32,000 nucleotides of DNA, taken from assembly GCF_000803625.1 (NCBI RefSeq), contig NZ_CP007496.1, positions 570,001 to 602,000 of the forward strand. The letters are read 5' to 3'. The first letter of the stretch is position 1. Each line of letters opens with the position of its first letter. The position numbers and the translations under genes were made by a program. Below the pieces are notes generated by a model. It searched no databases and had not been told where the DNA came from. It saw nothing but the letters and a program-made list of their open reading frames with translations. This DNA comes from Candidatus Nanosynbacter lyticus. GTDB lineage: Bacteria; Patescibacteriota; Saccharimonadia; Saccharimonadales; Saccharimonadaceae. This document shows, in pieces, positions 9,082 to 18,021 of the stretch.

Positions 9082-9129
9082 CTATGCTGGCTTTTTTTTA
9101 GCGACGGTAGTACAATAATCATAAGAATT

Positions 9130-10908
9130 ATGCGCATTTCAGATCAAACAATTGAAAGCATTCTGAAAGAAGGTGGGACTATCGATGAATCGCAGCTTGC
9201 CGATTTAAAGCTGCTCGCTGAACGATCAAAACAAACATTGCAAGAAGCCATTATTGAACAAAAGGTTCTATCCGAAGAGGACCTGACAAAGCTAATTAGT
9301 GACTATATCGGCGTACCTTTCGTTAGAATCGAACCAAAAGATATTCCCGAAGAAGTATTAAAGCGGATTCCTGAACATATCGCACGCCAGTATAATGTTG
9401 TACTCTTCGAAAAAAATGATGATGAGAGTCTGTCTCTGGCTATGGAGGACCCAGACGACGTTCAGGCGCTAAACTTCATCCAAAAAGAAATTGGCTACAA
9501 TACTAAAGTTTTTCTGGCGACAAGAAGCAATATCTTAGACTGCTTAGATAACTATCGAGGAAATATCGATGCTGAGCTAGACGAAGTTATTGCCGTACAA
9601 AAAGATGCTTCGGCTGACGATCAAAATGTCAGTCAGGACGATTTTGCGGAAAACTCACCAATTGCCCAGACTGTTAACCTACTGCTAGAGTACGCCATTA
9701 AATCCAATGCTTCTGATATCCATATTGAGCCGCGCGAAGATTACGTCCAGGTCCGCTACCGAATTGATGGCGTTCTAAAAGAAGTTAATAAGCTGCCACG
9801 CAACGTCCATGGAGCTTTAGTTAGTCGTATCAAAATCTTATCTAATCTAAAAATCGACGAACGCCGCGTACCTCAAGACGGACGCTTTAAGATAAAACTT
9901 TCTTCAAAACAATATGCCTTTCGTGTTTCAACATTACCAATCACCGATGGCGAGAAAGTGGTGATGCGTATTCTGGACGAGTCAAACCAGGCAATTTCGC
10001 TCGACAAACTTGGCTACTGGGGACTATCGCTTGCTACTGTAAAAGACGCCATGGCGCAACCAAACGGTATGATTCTAGTGACTGGGCCGACTGGTTCAGG
10101 AAAATCGACTTCTCTGTTTAGTGTGTTGTCGGAGCTTAATACGCCAGATGTTAATATTTCGACAATTGAAGACCCAGTTGAATACAAAATCCCTGGCGTC
10201 AACCAAACTCAGACCAACGCCAAAGCCGGCATGACCTTTGCTTCAGGACTACGCGCATTGCTCCGCCAAGACCCGAACATCATCATGGTTGGAGAGATCC
10301 GTGACGGCGAAACCGCCAACTTAGGCGTGCAGGCGGCGCTGACTGGACACTTGGTGTTTTCCACCCTGCACACCAACAATGCAGCAACCTGTTTGCCGCG
10401 TCTGCTGGACATGGGAATTGAACCCTTCTTGATCGCTTCGACAGTCAAGGCGGTGATTGGTCAGCGATTAGTACGAAGGCTCTGCATGAACTGCCGTCAG
10501 GAATATACACCAAACCAAGAAGAATTGAAATACATCACCGAGATGTTTAATATTGACACCAAGTCAATTAAAAAAATTCATGACTTAGAGCAGCAGGCTT
10601 TTGATGACAAAATTGGTGGCGACACACCAATGGGCTCAACCGAGCAAACAATCGCCCGGCTATGGAAGCCAAACCCTGAAGGCTGTGACGAATGTGGACA
10701 TAACGGCTTTAAAGGACGTGTTGGTATTTACGAGGTTCTCGGCATTTCTATCCCTATTCAAAAAATGATTACCGCCAATGCCACCAGTAACGACATCCAG
10801 GATCAAGCAATTTCTGAAGGCATGGTAACTATGCAGATGGACGGCCTCATTAAATCACTGCGCGGAATCACAACAACTGAAGAAGTATTGAGGGCAACAA
10901 GGGAGTAG
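9130..10908 (+). CDS. pilB: Type IV pilus assembly ATPase PilB (GspE family)
   Basis: 592 aa. N-terminal T2SSE_N-type domain, Walker A GPTGSGKST, and a tetracysteine motif (CMNC ... CDEC). Confidence 0.9.
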   Translation: MRISDQTIESILKEGGTIDESQLADLKLLAERSKQTLQEAIIEQKVLSEEDLTKLISDYIGVPFVRIEPKDIPEEVLKRIPEHIARQYNVVLFEKNDDESLSLAMEDPDDVQALNFIQKEIGYNTKVFLATRSNILDCLDNYRGNIDAELDEVIAVQKDASADDQNVSQDDFAENSPIAQTVNLLLEYAIKSNASDIHIEPREDYVQVRYRIDGVLKEVNKLPRNVHGALVSRIKILSNLKIDERRVPQDGRFKIKLSSKQYAFRVSTLPITDGEKVVMRILDESNQAISLDKLGYWGLSLATVKDAMAQPNGMILVTGPTGSGKSTSLFSVLSELNTPDVNISTIEDPVEYKIPGVNQTQTNAKAGMTFASGLRALLRQDPNIIMVGEIRDGETANLGVQAALTGHLVFSTLHTNNAATCLPRLLDMGIEPFLIASTVKAVIGQRLVRRLCMNCRQEYTPNQEELKYITEMFNIDTKSIKKIHDLEQQAFDDKIGGDTPMGSTEQTIARLWKPNPEGCDECGHNGFKGRVGIYEVLGISIPIQKMITANATSNDIQDQAISEGMVTMQMDGLIKSLRGITTTEEVLRATRE

Positions 10909-10912
10909 CATC

Positions 10913-12139
10913 ATGCCAGTCTTTGAATATTTACTTATCAATAAGAAAAAAGAGACCGTCTCCTCAACAATAGAGGCGGCCGATAAACTATCAGCCATCA
11001 ACACCTTAAAATCACGCGGACAATTGATAAAAATCGAAGAAAAAAGTGCAAAAAAATCTGCCGGTTTTTCGTTTGGCAAAAAAAAGAAAGGCGCCAAAAC
11101 TGACGAGTTGGTGATGTTTACACGCCAATTAAGTGCCATGGTTTCAGCTGGCGTACCGATTCTTCGTTCGCTAAATTCAATGGCCAAGCACGCTGAGAGC
11201 GCCGGTTTCCGAGAAACAATTAATGCTGTCATTAAAGACATCGAAGGTGGTATGTCATTTGCTGATGCTCTAGGAAAACATCCAGAAACCTTCAATGACA
11301 TCTACGTCAATATGGTAGCCGCTGGTGAAACCGGAGGTATTCTGGACGACATTTTGAAACGATTAGCCTTGCAACAAGAAAAAAACTCATCCATGAAGAA
11401 AAAGATTAAAGGGGCTATGACATACCCAATCGTTCTTTTGGCAATAACCATCATTGCATTCTTTATTTTGATGACCTTTATCATTCCAGTCATCGGTAAG
11501 ACTATTAAAGACATGGGTGGGCCAGATGCTAAGCTGCCGCTGCTCACTGAAATCATGCTCGGCATTAGCGACTTTATGGTGTCATTCTGGTATTTGATTG
11601 TCCCGGCATTCATCGGCGGAATTTGGGCACTAATTCGCTACATTAAAACCCCAAAGGGACGCGTTAAATTCCACCACATCATCATTAAGGTTCCTGCGGT
11701 TGGGGCAATTGTTAGAAAAGTAGCAATTGCAAGATTCACAAGAACCTTCTCCGCTCTCATCGGCGCCGGCGTAGCCGTGTTAGAGGCTCTGGACGTCACC
11801 TCCCGCGCAGTTGGCAACGTTGTCTACGAAGAATCCTTGAAGGAAGCCACCAAGCGCGTCCAAAATGGTGAAGTCTTGTCGAGGATTATCGCCGAGAGGG
11901 ATGATTTGTATCCACCAATTGTTGCTCAGATGCTATCTGTCGGTGAAGAGACTGGACAAACAGACAAAGTGCTTATCAAGGTTGCCGACTTTTACGAAGA
12001 AGAAGTTGACACTGCGATTGACGGAGTCAGTTCCATTATCGAGCCAGTAATGATTGTGGCAATGGGTGGCGTGATTGCTTTGGTGGCAGTCAGTGTGATG
12101 GGGCCAATTACCAGCATGGCAGGACAAGTTAAGGGATAG
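10913..12139 (+). CDS. pilC: Type IV pilus platform protein PilC (GspF family)
   Basis: 408 aa with a duplicated T2SSF domain and 3 TM segments. SD GGGAG. Lies 4 nt after pilB. Confidence 0.9.
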   Translation: MPVFEYLLINKKKETVSSTIEAADKLSAINTLKSRGQLIKIEEKSAKKSAGFSFGKKKKGAKTDELVMFTRQLSAMVSAGVPILRSLNSMAKHAESAGFRETINAVIKDIEGGMSFADALGKHPETFNDIYVNMVAAGETGGILDDILKRLALQQEKNSSMKKKIKGAMTYPIVLLAITIIAFFILMTFIIPVIGKTIKDMGGPDAKLPLLTEIMLGISDFMVSFWYLIVPAFIGGIWALIRYIKTPKGRVKFHHIIIKVPAVGAIVRKVAIARFTRTFSALIGAGVAVLEALDVTSRAVGNVVYEESLKEATKRVQNGEVLSRIIAERDDLYPPIVAQMLSVGEETGQTDKVLIKVADFYEEEVDTAIDGVSSIIEPVMIVAMGGVIALVAVSVMGPITSMAGQVKG

Positions 12140-12156
12140 TTTTTCAAAAAAGCTTA

Positions 12157-12165
12157 TGCTATAAT
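12157..12165 (+). promoter_or_regulatory. Internal extended -10 (TGCTATAAT) upstream of pilM
   Basis: Located in the 52-nt pilC-pilM gap, followed by a 26-nt leader with SD GGTGGGAAG before the GTG at 12192. Confidence 0.5.
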
Positions 12166-12191
12166 ACTGGTATATAGGTGGGAAGAAGAAA

Positions 12192-13244
12192 GTGTCGAGT
12201 ATATTTTATAGAAAAAAACCAATAATCGGCTTAGATATCAGTAGAACGAGCATTAAAATTATGTCAATTGACAAAACTCGTATGCTGGTTCATGGTTATG
12301 GCTCAATTAACCTTGACTCCCAACAAAATGATGGCAATTCTAATGATAACGTTGAATACCTAGCTCAAAACATAAAAGAGCTATTAAAGAATAACATTGT
12401 TGGACAGATTGACAGTAATCGCGTAGCTATTGGTATTCCAACCAGCCGAACATTTTCGCGGACATTCACCCTGCCCATGAAAGAAGAAGCTAATATAATT
12501 AGTGCGGTAAATCTGGAGGTTGAACAGTATATTCCAGCTCCACTTGATTCACTTTATGTAGATTACAGAATTATCAATCGCTCAAAAGATGAGCTTAGCG
12601 TGCTAATGTGTGCCGCTCCAAAAAAGATGATTGACAGCATGCTAGATGCCGCGCAGCGATGCGGATTAGAAGTTGCAGCTATCGAGCCAAATATTAATGC
12701 GATATCAAGGCTCCTAAAGAAAACCGAAGAAGGCATGCTACCAACAGTTATCGTTGATATCGGTACATCAGCTACCGACATAGCTATCTTAGACTCTGAT
12801 ATCCGCGTGACTGGAGGGTCTAATGTTGGCGGCTACACGCTAACCCTAAACCTAGCTAAGAAAATGAACGTGCCAATTGAAACTGCTCATCAATTTAAAG
12901 TCCTAAATGGGCTCAATCCTGGACCAAGGCAAGCTCGCATTACCGGAGCTCTGCAGCCAAGTCTGCATAAAATGACTAACGAGATTAAACGCGTTATGCG
13001 ATACTACACCGACCGATTCCCGGATGAGAGAAAAATTGAACAGATACTTATCGTTGGTGGCGGCGGAAATGTGCCAGGAATTGGAGAATTTTTCACCAAT
13101 GAGCTATTAATGCCAGCCCGCGTAGCCAGCCCATGGCAGTTATTAAATTTCGGTAATCTCGAACAGCCAGCCAAACAATTGAGGTCCCAGCTTTCGCCCG
13201 TCGCAGGACTAGCGCTTATTCGACAGGAGGATATTTATGATTAA
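12192..13244 (+). CDS. pilM: Type IV pilus assembly protein PilM (actin-like ATPase fold)
   Basis: N-terminus IIGLDISRTSIKIM, plus VVDIGTSATDIA-like and IVGGGGNVPGI motifs. Confidence 0.85.
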   Translation: MSSIFYRKKPIIGLDISRTSIKIMSIDKTRMLVHGYGSINLDSQQNDGNSNDNVEYLAQNIKELLKNNIVGQIDSNRVAIGIPTSRTFSRTFTLPMKEEANIISAVNLEVEQYIPAPLDSLYVDYRIINRSKDELSVLMCAAPKKMIDSMLDAAQRCGLEVAAIEPNINAISRLLKKTEEGMLPTVIVDIGTSATDIAILDSDIRVTGGSNVGGYTLTLNLAKKMNVPIETAHQFKVLNGLNPGPRQARITGALQPSLHKMTNEIKRVMRYYTDRFPDERKIEQILIVGGGGNVPGIGEFFTNELLMPARVASPWQLLNFGNLEQPAKQLRSQLSPVAGLALIRQEDIYD

Positions 13245-13806
13245 TCTTCTGCCTCCTCAAGAAAAAAAGCAGATCAGAGCCGGACGGGTCAATATAATAC
13301 TAAGGCGATACTGCATAATATCATTGGTATTTGCCGGCTTGTTATTCTTAACAATCGGCGGATTTTATCTATTCCTAGAAAACAGTAAAACAGCAGCCCA
13401 AAACAATATTAACGAAGGAAACGCCAAACTAGCTCAACACCAATCAACTCAAAAAGACGTTGATGGATTTATAAAAGACCTAGCTGATGCTAAGGCTATT
13501 ATTGGCAGCGAGGCTCACTACTCATCAATTATTCCTAAAATTGCCCAGCACATTCCGTCTGGTATAGTTTTAGAATCACTAACCTTAGACACTTCCGCTC
13601 TAGATAAACCAATATCATTAATCGCACTTGGAAAAACTAAAGACGACTCTATACGACTAAAAACAAATCTTGAGAAATCAGAAATTTTTAAAGATGTCCA
13701 CCTAGAAAGCATAGTATATAGCGACGGAAAAGCAGAAAAGTCCTCAGACTACCCCGTCGTAATAACGATTAGTGTTACGCCGAAGCCGGAGGTGTTAAAG
13801 CAATGA
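13237..13806 (+). CDS. pilN: Type IV pilus assembly protein PilN
   Basis: Starts MINLLPP, followed by a basic stretch and a single TM helix. Overlaps pilM by 8 nt. Confidence 0.8.
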   Translation: MINLLPPQEKKQIRAGRVNIILRRYCIISLVFAGLLFLTIGGFYLFLENSKTAAQNNINEGNAKLAQHQSTQKDVDGFIKDLADAKAIIGSEAHYSSIIPKIAQHIPSGIVLESLTLDTSALDKPISLIALGKTKDDSIRLKTNLEKSEIFKDVHLESIVYSDGKAEKSSDYPVVITISVTPKPEVLKQ

Positions 13807-14396
13807 AAAAAGTATTAAATGCCAGCATCATGCGCATTATTATGACATTACTGCTCATTGTTATTCTGGCTGCAATGATTGGCGCTGTAACTTTTGCCTA
13901 CTCATTCCTCAGTAAAGCATCAGAAGACGTCGGAAAAATGCAAAACGAAGCAGTAGCTATTGACTCGAAAATACAGAATCTGCTTGTCCTAAAAGATCAG
14001 CTCGACAAAAACTCTGACATTGCTAAAAAAGCTAAAAATATAGTTTCCGAGTCAAAGATGTATCAATATCAAAATCAAATTGTACAAGATTTATCAACCT
14101 ATGCCGACCGCGCAGGTATTCCAATTCGCTCGTTTACTTTCCAGAGCGATTCAAAAAATTCAGCCCAATCTCCAGCCGCAAAAAAGAAAACCAATACTGG
14201 ACCGGCTGGCATTAAAAGCACCTTCGTATCTATCCAGCTAGGTGAAAAAATTGACTACGTACGTTTTCTACATTTCCTTAATTTGATTGAGAAAAACGTT
14301 ACTCGTATGCAGCTATCAGGCGTTGCGATTTCCAGAGCACCAGACAGTCGCGAGGTGTCAGTCCAAGAATTTGAAGTAAAGGTGTACACAAGATGA
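13803..14396 (+). CDS. pilO: PilO-like pilus assembly protein
   Basis: N-terminal TM helix, coiled-coil, then a C-terminal globular part. ATGA coupling to pilN. The call rests on position and architecture rather than a diagnostic motif. Confidence 0.6.
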   Translation: MKKVLNASIMRIIMTLLLIVILAAMIGAVTFAYSFLSKASEDVGKMQNEAVAIDSKIQNLLVLKDQLDKNSDIAKKAKNIVSESKMYQYQNQIVQDLSTYADRAGIPIRSFTFQSDSKNSAQSPAAKKKTNTGPAGIKSTFVSIQLGEKIDYVRFLHFLNLIEKNVTRMQLSGVAISRAPDSREVSVQEFEVKVYTR

Positions 14397-14677
14397 AACC
14401 ATCGATATCAGAACAGCTTGAACCAATTATAAAGCCTCTATCAAAGTTTCTGTGGCGATTTCATGTTATGATCTACAGCATAGCCGTCATCGGAGGACTG
14501 TCAATTGCTATATTTACCTTAAGCGGTCTCCTTTCAATATCTAGTGAGCCAGCCCCAGCTTCATCAGCGACATTTGATAAAAAAACTATGAAGATAATTA
14601 AGAATTTTCGCACTTCAACTTCCGGTAATGATTCACTAACTTTGCCCGCCGGACGATCTAATCCATTTGCTGAATAA
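14393..14677 (+). CDS. Small single-TM pil-operon protein (94 aa) ending in GRSNPFAE
   Basis: ATGA translational coupling to pilO and one TM helix. The C-terminal xNPF motif is reminiscent of the (R/D)PF motif of PilP-type proteins. Confidence 0.6.
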   Translation: MKPSISEQLEPIIKPLSKFLWRFHVMIYSIAVIGGLSIAIFTLSGLLSISSEPAPASSATFDKKTMKIIKNFRTSTSGNDSLTLPAGRSNPFAE

Positions 14678-14689
14678 AATATAACCATA

Positions 14690-14695
14690 TATACT
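14690..14695 (+). promoter_or_regulatory. -10-like TATACT, 6 nt before the ATG at 14702
   Basis: TATACT-aagatt-ATG. No SD. Confidence 0.4.
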
Positions 14696-14701
14696 AAGAT
14701 T

Positions 14702-15289
14702 ATGCTTATTTCTTCGGACCGCTTTCTTAATACGCCTGTCATGAGCCTACAGACTGGCTCAGAATTAGCACGAACTTCACGAGAAATTATCAATCCAAAG
14801 AACTTATCTGTGATTGCCTATGAGCTTGAGGGGCGCCTTTTAGATCAATATCCAAGCTTACTTAGTGTTAATGATATCAGAGAAATTGGGCCGCTAGGCA
14901 TGATTATTGATTCAACTGATGAAATTATTGGTGTTGATGATGTTATTGCCATAAAAGAAATTTACGATATAGATTTTAGACTAAAAGACAAATTAGTTAC
15001 CGACGAGAAAAACCATAAAATCGGAAAAGTCATTGGCTACACCTTAGCCGCTGGTAATTTTATTATCCAACAATTGCGGGTCCGTCTACCACTATTAAAA
15101 AGTTTTGGCGATACGGAATTGCTTATTCACCGCTCGCAGATCGTTAAAGTAACTGACGATAGGATTATTGTAAAATCAGCAACAATATCACACATAGCTG
15201 AAAAAACACCCGCTCCAAACATAAACTCTTACGACAATCCTTTTCGCAAGCAGCCTCGTCCGCAACCAGAATCTACAAAAGTTGATTAA
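14702..15289 (+). CDS. Tandem PRC-barrel domain protein
   Basis: Two repeats of the PRC-barrel-like pattern: LNTPVMSLQTGSELARTSREIINPKNLSVIAYELEG and FRLKDKLVTDEKNHKIGKVIGYTLAAGNFIIQQLRV. Disordered C-terminal tail with DNPF. Confidence 0.55.
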   Translation: MLISSDRFLNTPVMSLQTGSELARTSREIINPKNLSVIAYELEGRLLDQYPSLLSVNDIREIGPLGMIIDSTDEIIGVDDVIAIKEIYDIDFRLKDKLVTDEKNHKIGKVIGYTLAAGNFIIQQLRVRLPLLKSFGDTELLIHRSQIVKVTDDRIIVKSATISHIAEKTPAPNINSYDNPFRKQPRPQPESTKVD

Positions 15290-15939
15290 TCTTTTGGGTT
15301 TTCAAGAGCCTTCTTAATGTCGTCGTAAGAAAAACCCTGTCTAGCCAAATATTGCATTAACTTCTGCTGGTCGCTATATCGATAACGTTTTTTATCAATA
15401 ACCTTCCGCAATTCCTCGTCATCAGAGCGAATATTCTCTTTAACTAACGACTCAATTGTTGTATTATCAATTCCCTTTTGCGCCAGTTCCAATTTCAAAC
15501 GACGAATACTGGCGCCTTTTTTTATAAATCGCTGCTCAAACCAAAATCGAGCAAATTTTTCATCGTCCAAATATTTTTTCTCAATAAGACGATCCAAGAC
15601 GCGCTCGGTAATCTCCAGCTTTATTCCAGGACGCTCAATAATTTTTCCAGTTTTCACTGAACGTCGACGAGTGGCTAGCGTTTTCCGACGCAGGTAATCA
15701 CGCACTTCTTTGATGGCTCGCGGACGCATTAAGCAGTATTCTATAGACCTAGCATACAACTTGCCAAATTGACTATCGTCTTCTAGTTTCGAAATTTCCT
15801 CTTCCGTATATTCGCGACCAATTTTAACACCCAATTCACCGACCTGAAATACGTCCAAGCTAAAACGATATTTCCCGTCGACACTCACATTGACACGATT
15901 TTTATCACGAGCCTGAAGAGAAATATCGGTGATTTTCAT
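15286..15939 (-). CDS. recX: RecA regulator RecX
   Basis: 217 aa. N-terminal ITDISLQARDKNRVNVSVDGKYRFSLD and three helical RecX repeats (YCLMRPRAIKEVRDYLRRK ...). Confidence 0.85.
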   Translation of the reverse strand: MKITDISLQARDKNRVNVSVDGKYRFSLDVFQVGELGVKIGREYTEEEISKLEDDSQFGKLYARSIEYCLMRPRAIKEVRDYLRRKTLATRRRSVKTGKIIERPGIKLEITERVLDRLIEKKYLDDEKFARFWFEQRFIKKGASIRRLKLELAQKGIDNTTIESLVKENIRSDDEELRKVIDKKRYRYSDQQKLMQYLARQGFSYDDIKKALENPKD

Positions 15940-15945
15940 AAAACT

Positions 15946-15954
15946 ATTATAGCA
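15946..15954 (-). promoter_or_regulatory. Extended -10 (TGCTATAAT), 6 nt before the recX ATG (leaderless candidate)
   Basis: Reverse complement TGCTATAAT-agtttt-ATG. No SD. Confidence 0.55.
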
Positions 15955-15981
15955 CTAAAACTATACGTAGCTACTGGTGGA

Positions 15982-16506
15982 CTATTCGACTACCTCAACC
16001 ACTTTGCCATGTACGCCGTTATAACAAGCAGCGGCACGCGGCTTAGTAATAACCGGCAGTTGGCGCGGAATGGCACTCATATTGACATCGCCAAGCGTAC
16101 CAGCCTCGACACACCCAAGCGTAATGCGTGGACGAAATCCATCGATATCCAGCCCTGGATGAATGTCGTCCAGTATTTCAAGCAACTTCCGACGCACTTC
16201 AACCATCCAGGAGGTTTTCTGTACGCGCAACTCAACCCAAACACAGTTACCAACTTCATCTGGCAAGAAGTTGACACCGTCAAGTACCAGTTTGTCTAGG
16301 GACGGCAGCGCGGCGGCAGCTAACTTGAGACGCGGTATATCCTGCTCAGCTACATTGATCAGCGTTGCGTGCGGAATAAACTCACCGAAATCAAGATTCA
16401 TTTTTTCCGACAGTTCTCGAAGGTAAGTAGTCTGCTCGTCATCAAAAATAAGATTAACTGACGCCATATGCTTTTCGGCTGAATATCTGGACTCTACTGC
16501 TCGCAT
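15982..16506 (-). CDS. 2H phosphoesterase (LigT/ThpR)-like protein with a degenerate second HxT motif
   Basis: First motif PHATLINV is intact (His codon at 16369-16371). The second motif reads FRPRITLGCV, with Arg (CGC, 16126-16128) where His (CAC) is expected. TAATG overlap with the recA stop. Confidence 0.5.
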   Translation of the reverse strand: MRAVESRYSAEKHMASVNLIFDDEQTTYLRELSEKMNLDFGEFIPHATLINVAEQDIPRLKLAAAALPSLDKLVLDGVNFLPDEVGNCVWVELRVQKTSWMVEVRRKLLEILDDIHPGLDIDGFRPRITLGCVEAGTLGDVNMSAIPRQLPVITKPRAAACYNGVHGKVVEVVE

Positions 16507-17561
16507 TAACTTTCCGCTTCCTTCACTTTATCACGAACTTTCTGGTCAATTTCCGCCAAAACTTTAGGATTTTCTTTTAGGTAAGCTTTAGACTTATCAC
16601 GCCCCTGACCAATAGTTTCGCCGTTATACTTATAGAAAGCACCCGATTTTTCAACAATGCCGTGCGTAGCCGCCAAGTCCAGAATGTCGCCAGTCTTAGA
16701 AATACCCTCATTATACATAATGTCAAACTCAGCGATGCGGAATGGCGGCGCAATCTTATTTTTCACCACCTTGATCTTGGTGCGGTTACCGATGATGTCA
16801 TCACCAACCTTGATCTGCCCGATCCGGCGAATATCCACCCGCTGCGAGGCATAAAACTTCAGTGCGTTACCACCCGTCGTAGTCTCAGGATTGCCAAACA
16901 TCACACCAATCTTCATGCGAATTTGGTTGATGAAAATCACTGTCGCTTTCGATTTGTTAATGATACCAGTCAATTTACGCAGTGCTTGGCTCATCAGCCG
17001 TGCCTGCAGACCCATGTGCGAATCACCCATGTCGCCATCAATTTCTGCTTGCGGTGTCAACGCTGCCACCGAGTCAACCACAACCAAATCAACCGCATTT
17101 GATCGAACTAGCGTTTCTGCAATTTCCAACGCCTGCTCACCATTGTCTGGCTGTGACACCAGCAGATTTTCCGTATCCACACCCAAACGCTTGGCGTAGC
17201 TTGGGTCAAGCGCATGCTCGGCATCAATAAACGCTGCCGTACCGCCCTGCTTTTGGACCTCAGCAATGGCGTGTAGAGTCAATGTCGTCTTACCCGAGCT
17301 TTCCGGACCATAAATCTCAATAATGCGACCCTTTGGATAACCGCCACCCAAAGCTAAATCTAAACTTAGAGCGCCCGAAGGAATTACCTCAACATCAACC
17401 TTATGAGCCTCGCCAAGCTTCATAATTGATCCATCACCGAACTGCTTAGTGATCTGATCCATCGCCAGACCTAACGCTTTCAATTTCCCGTCATCAACTT
17501 TTTTATCTGATGCTTGACTTGGCTTCTCTGAATTTACTGTTTTACTGTCTGATTTTGCCAT
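16506..17561 (-). CDS. recA: Recombinase RecA
   Basis: Walker [11 protein letters not shown] and the [10 protein letters not shown] motif. Strong SD AAGGAGGG. Confidence 0.97.
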   Translation of the reverse strand: MAKSDSKTVNSEKPSQASDKKVDDGKLKALGLAMDQITKQFGDGSIMKLGEAHKVDVEVIPSGALSLDLALGGGYPKGRIIEIYGPESSGKTTLTLHAIAEVQKQGGTAAFIDAEHALDPSYAKRLGVDTENLLVSQPDNGEQALEIAETLVRSNAVDLVVVDSVAALTPQAEIDGDMGDSHMGLQARLMSQALRKLTGIINKSKATVIFINQIRMKIGVMFGNPETTTGGNALKFYASQRVDIRRIGQIKVGDDIIGNRTKIKVVKNKIAPPFRIAEFDIMYNEGISKTGDILDLAATHGIVEKSGAFYKYNGETIGQGRDKSKAYLKENPKVLAEIDQKVRDKVKEAES

Positions 17562-17588
17562 AGCATTCCCTCCTTAGTTACTACCTTT

Positions 17589-17594
17589 ATTATA
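17589..17594 (-). promoter_or_regulatory. recA -10 box TATAAT
   Basis: Lies 27 nt upstream of the recA ATG, followed by an SD-containing leader. Confidence 0.45.
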
Positions 17595-17612
17595 CCGATT
17601 TGTCACAATATT

Positions 17613-17621
17613 TGCTATAAT
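17613..17621 (+). promoter_or_regulatory. Extended -10 (TGCTATAAT), 7 nt before the pilin ATG (leaderless candidate)
   Basis: TGCTATAAT-taaattc-ATG. No SD. Confidence 0.6.
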
Positions 17622-17628
17622 TAAATTC

Positions 17629-18021
17629 ATGAATAAGCGAAACGGTTTCACGATTATTGAACTTCTGGTTGTAGCAACTTTTTTGATCATTATTGCAATA
17701 TTAGGTTTTTCGCAATATACCAAATTAACCAATGAGTCAAACAACACAAAAAAACGCACCGCGATTAACGCCATGCATTATAGTCTGGAAGAAGGTTTTT
17801 ACGTTAAAAATGGCTATTACCCAGAGAAATTAGAAGACTCGACATTGTCGACTATGGACCCTGAGTTACTAAAAGACCCAAATGGTAAGAAAATTGGCGA
17901 AAAAGACAGTAGCTATCGCTACGAATCCTCAAACTGCAATGGAGGAAAATGCAAATCCTATAAACTGGTCGCAACCCTTATTGGCGAAGACGACTACATA
18001 AAAGAAAGTCGCCACAAATAA
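17629..18021 (+). CDS. Type IV prepilin (class III signal peptide)
   Basis: MNKRNG/FTIIELLVV gives a prepilin peptidase site with Phe+1 and Glu+5. C-terminal Cys pair CNGGKC. Confidence 0.85.
   Translation: MNKRNGFTIIELLVVATFLIIIAILGFSQYTKLTNESNNTKKRTAINAMHYSLEEGFYVKNGYYPEKLEDSTLSTMDPELLKDPNGKKIGEKDSSYRYESSNCNGGKCKSYKLVATLIGEDDYIKESRHK

Noticed and set aside
9107-9117. 11-mer GTAGTACAATA shared between the pilB upstream region and the ruvB intergenic region (19929-19939)
   Set aside because: Six of the 11 nt are a -10-like TACAAT box, and the sequence is AT-rich. A chance match of this length among the intergenic regions of a 32-kb window is not unlikely.
10855-11301. 148-aa ORF antisense to the pilB end and pilC start
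   Set aside because: Overlaps two strongly supported pil genes. No motifs or expression signals.
16662-17102. 146-aa and neighbouring ORFs antisense to recA
   Set aside because: Entirely inside the well-supported recA frame. The sequence looks random and Arg/His-rich, with no start context.
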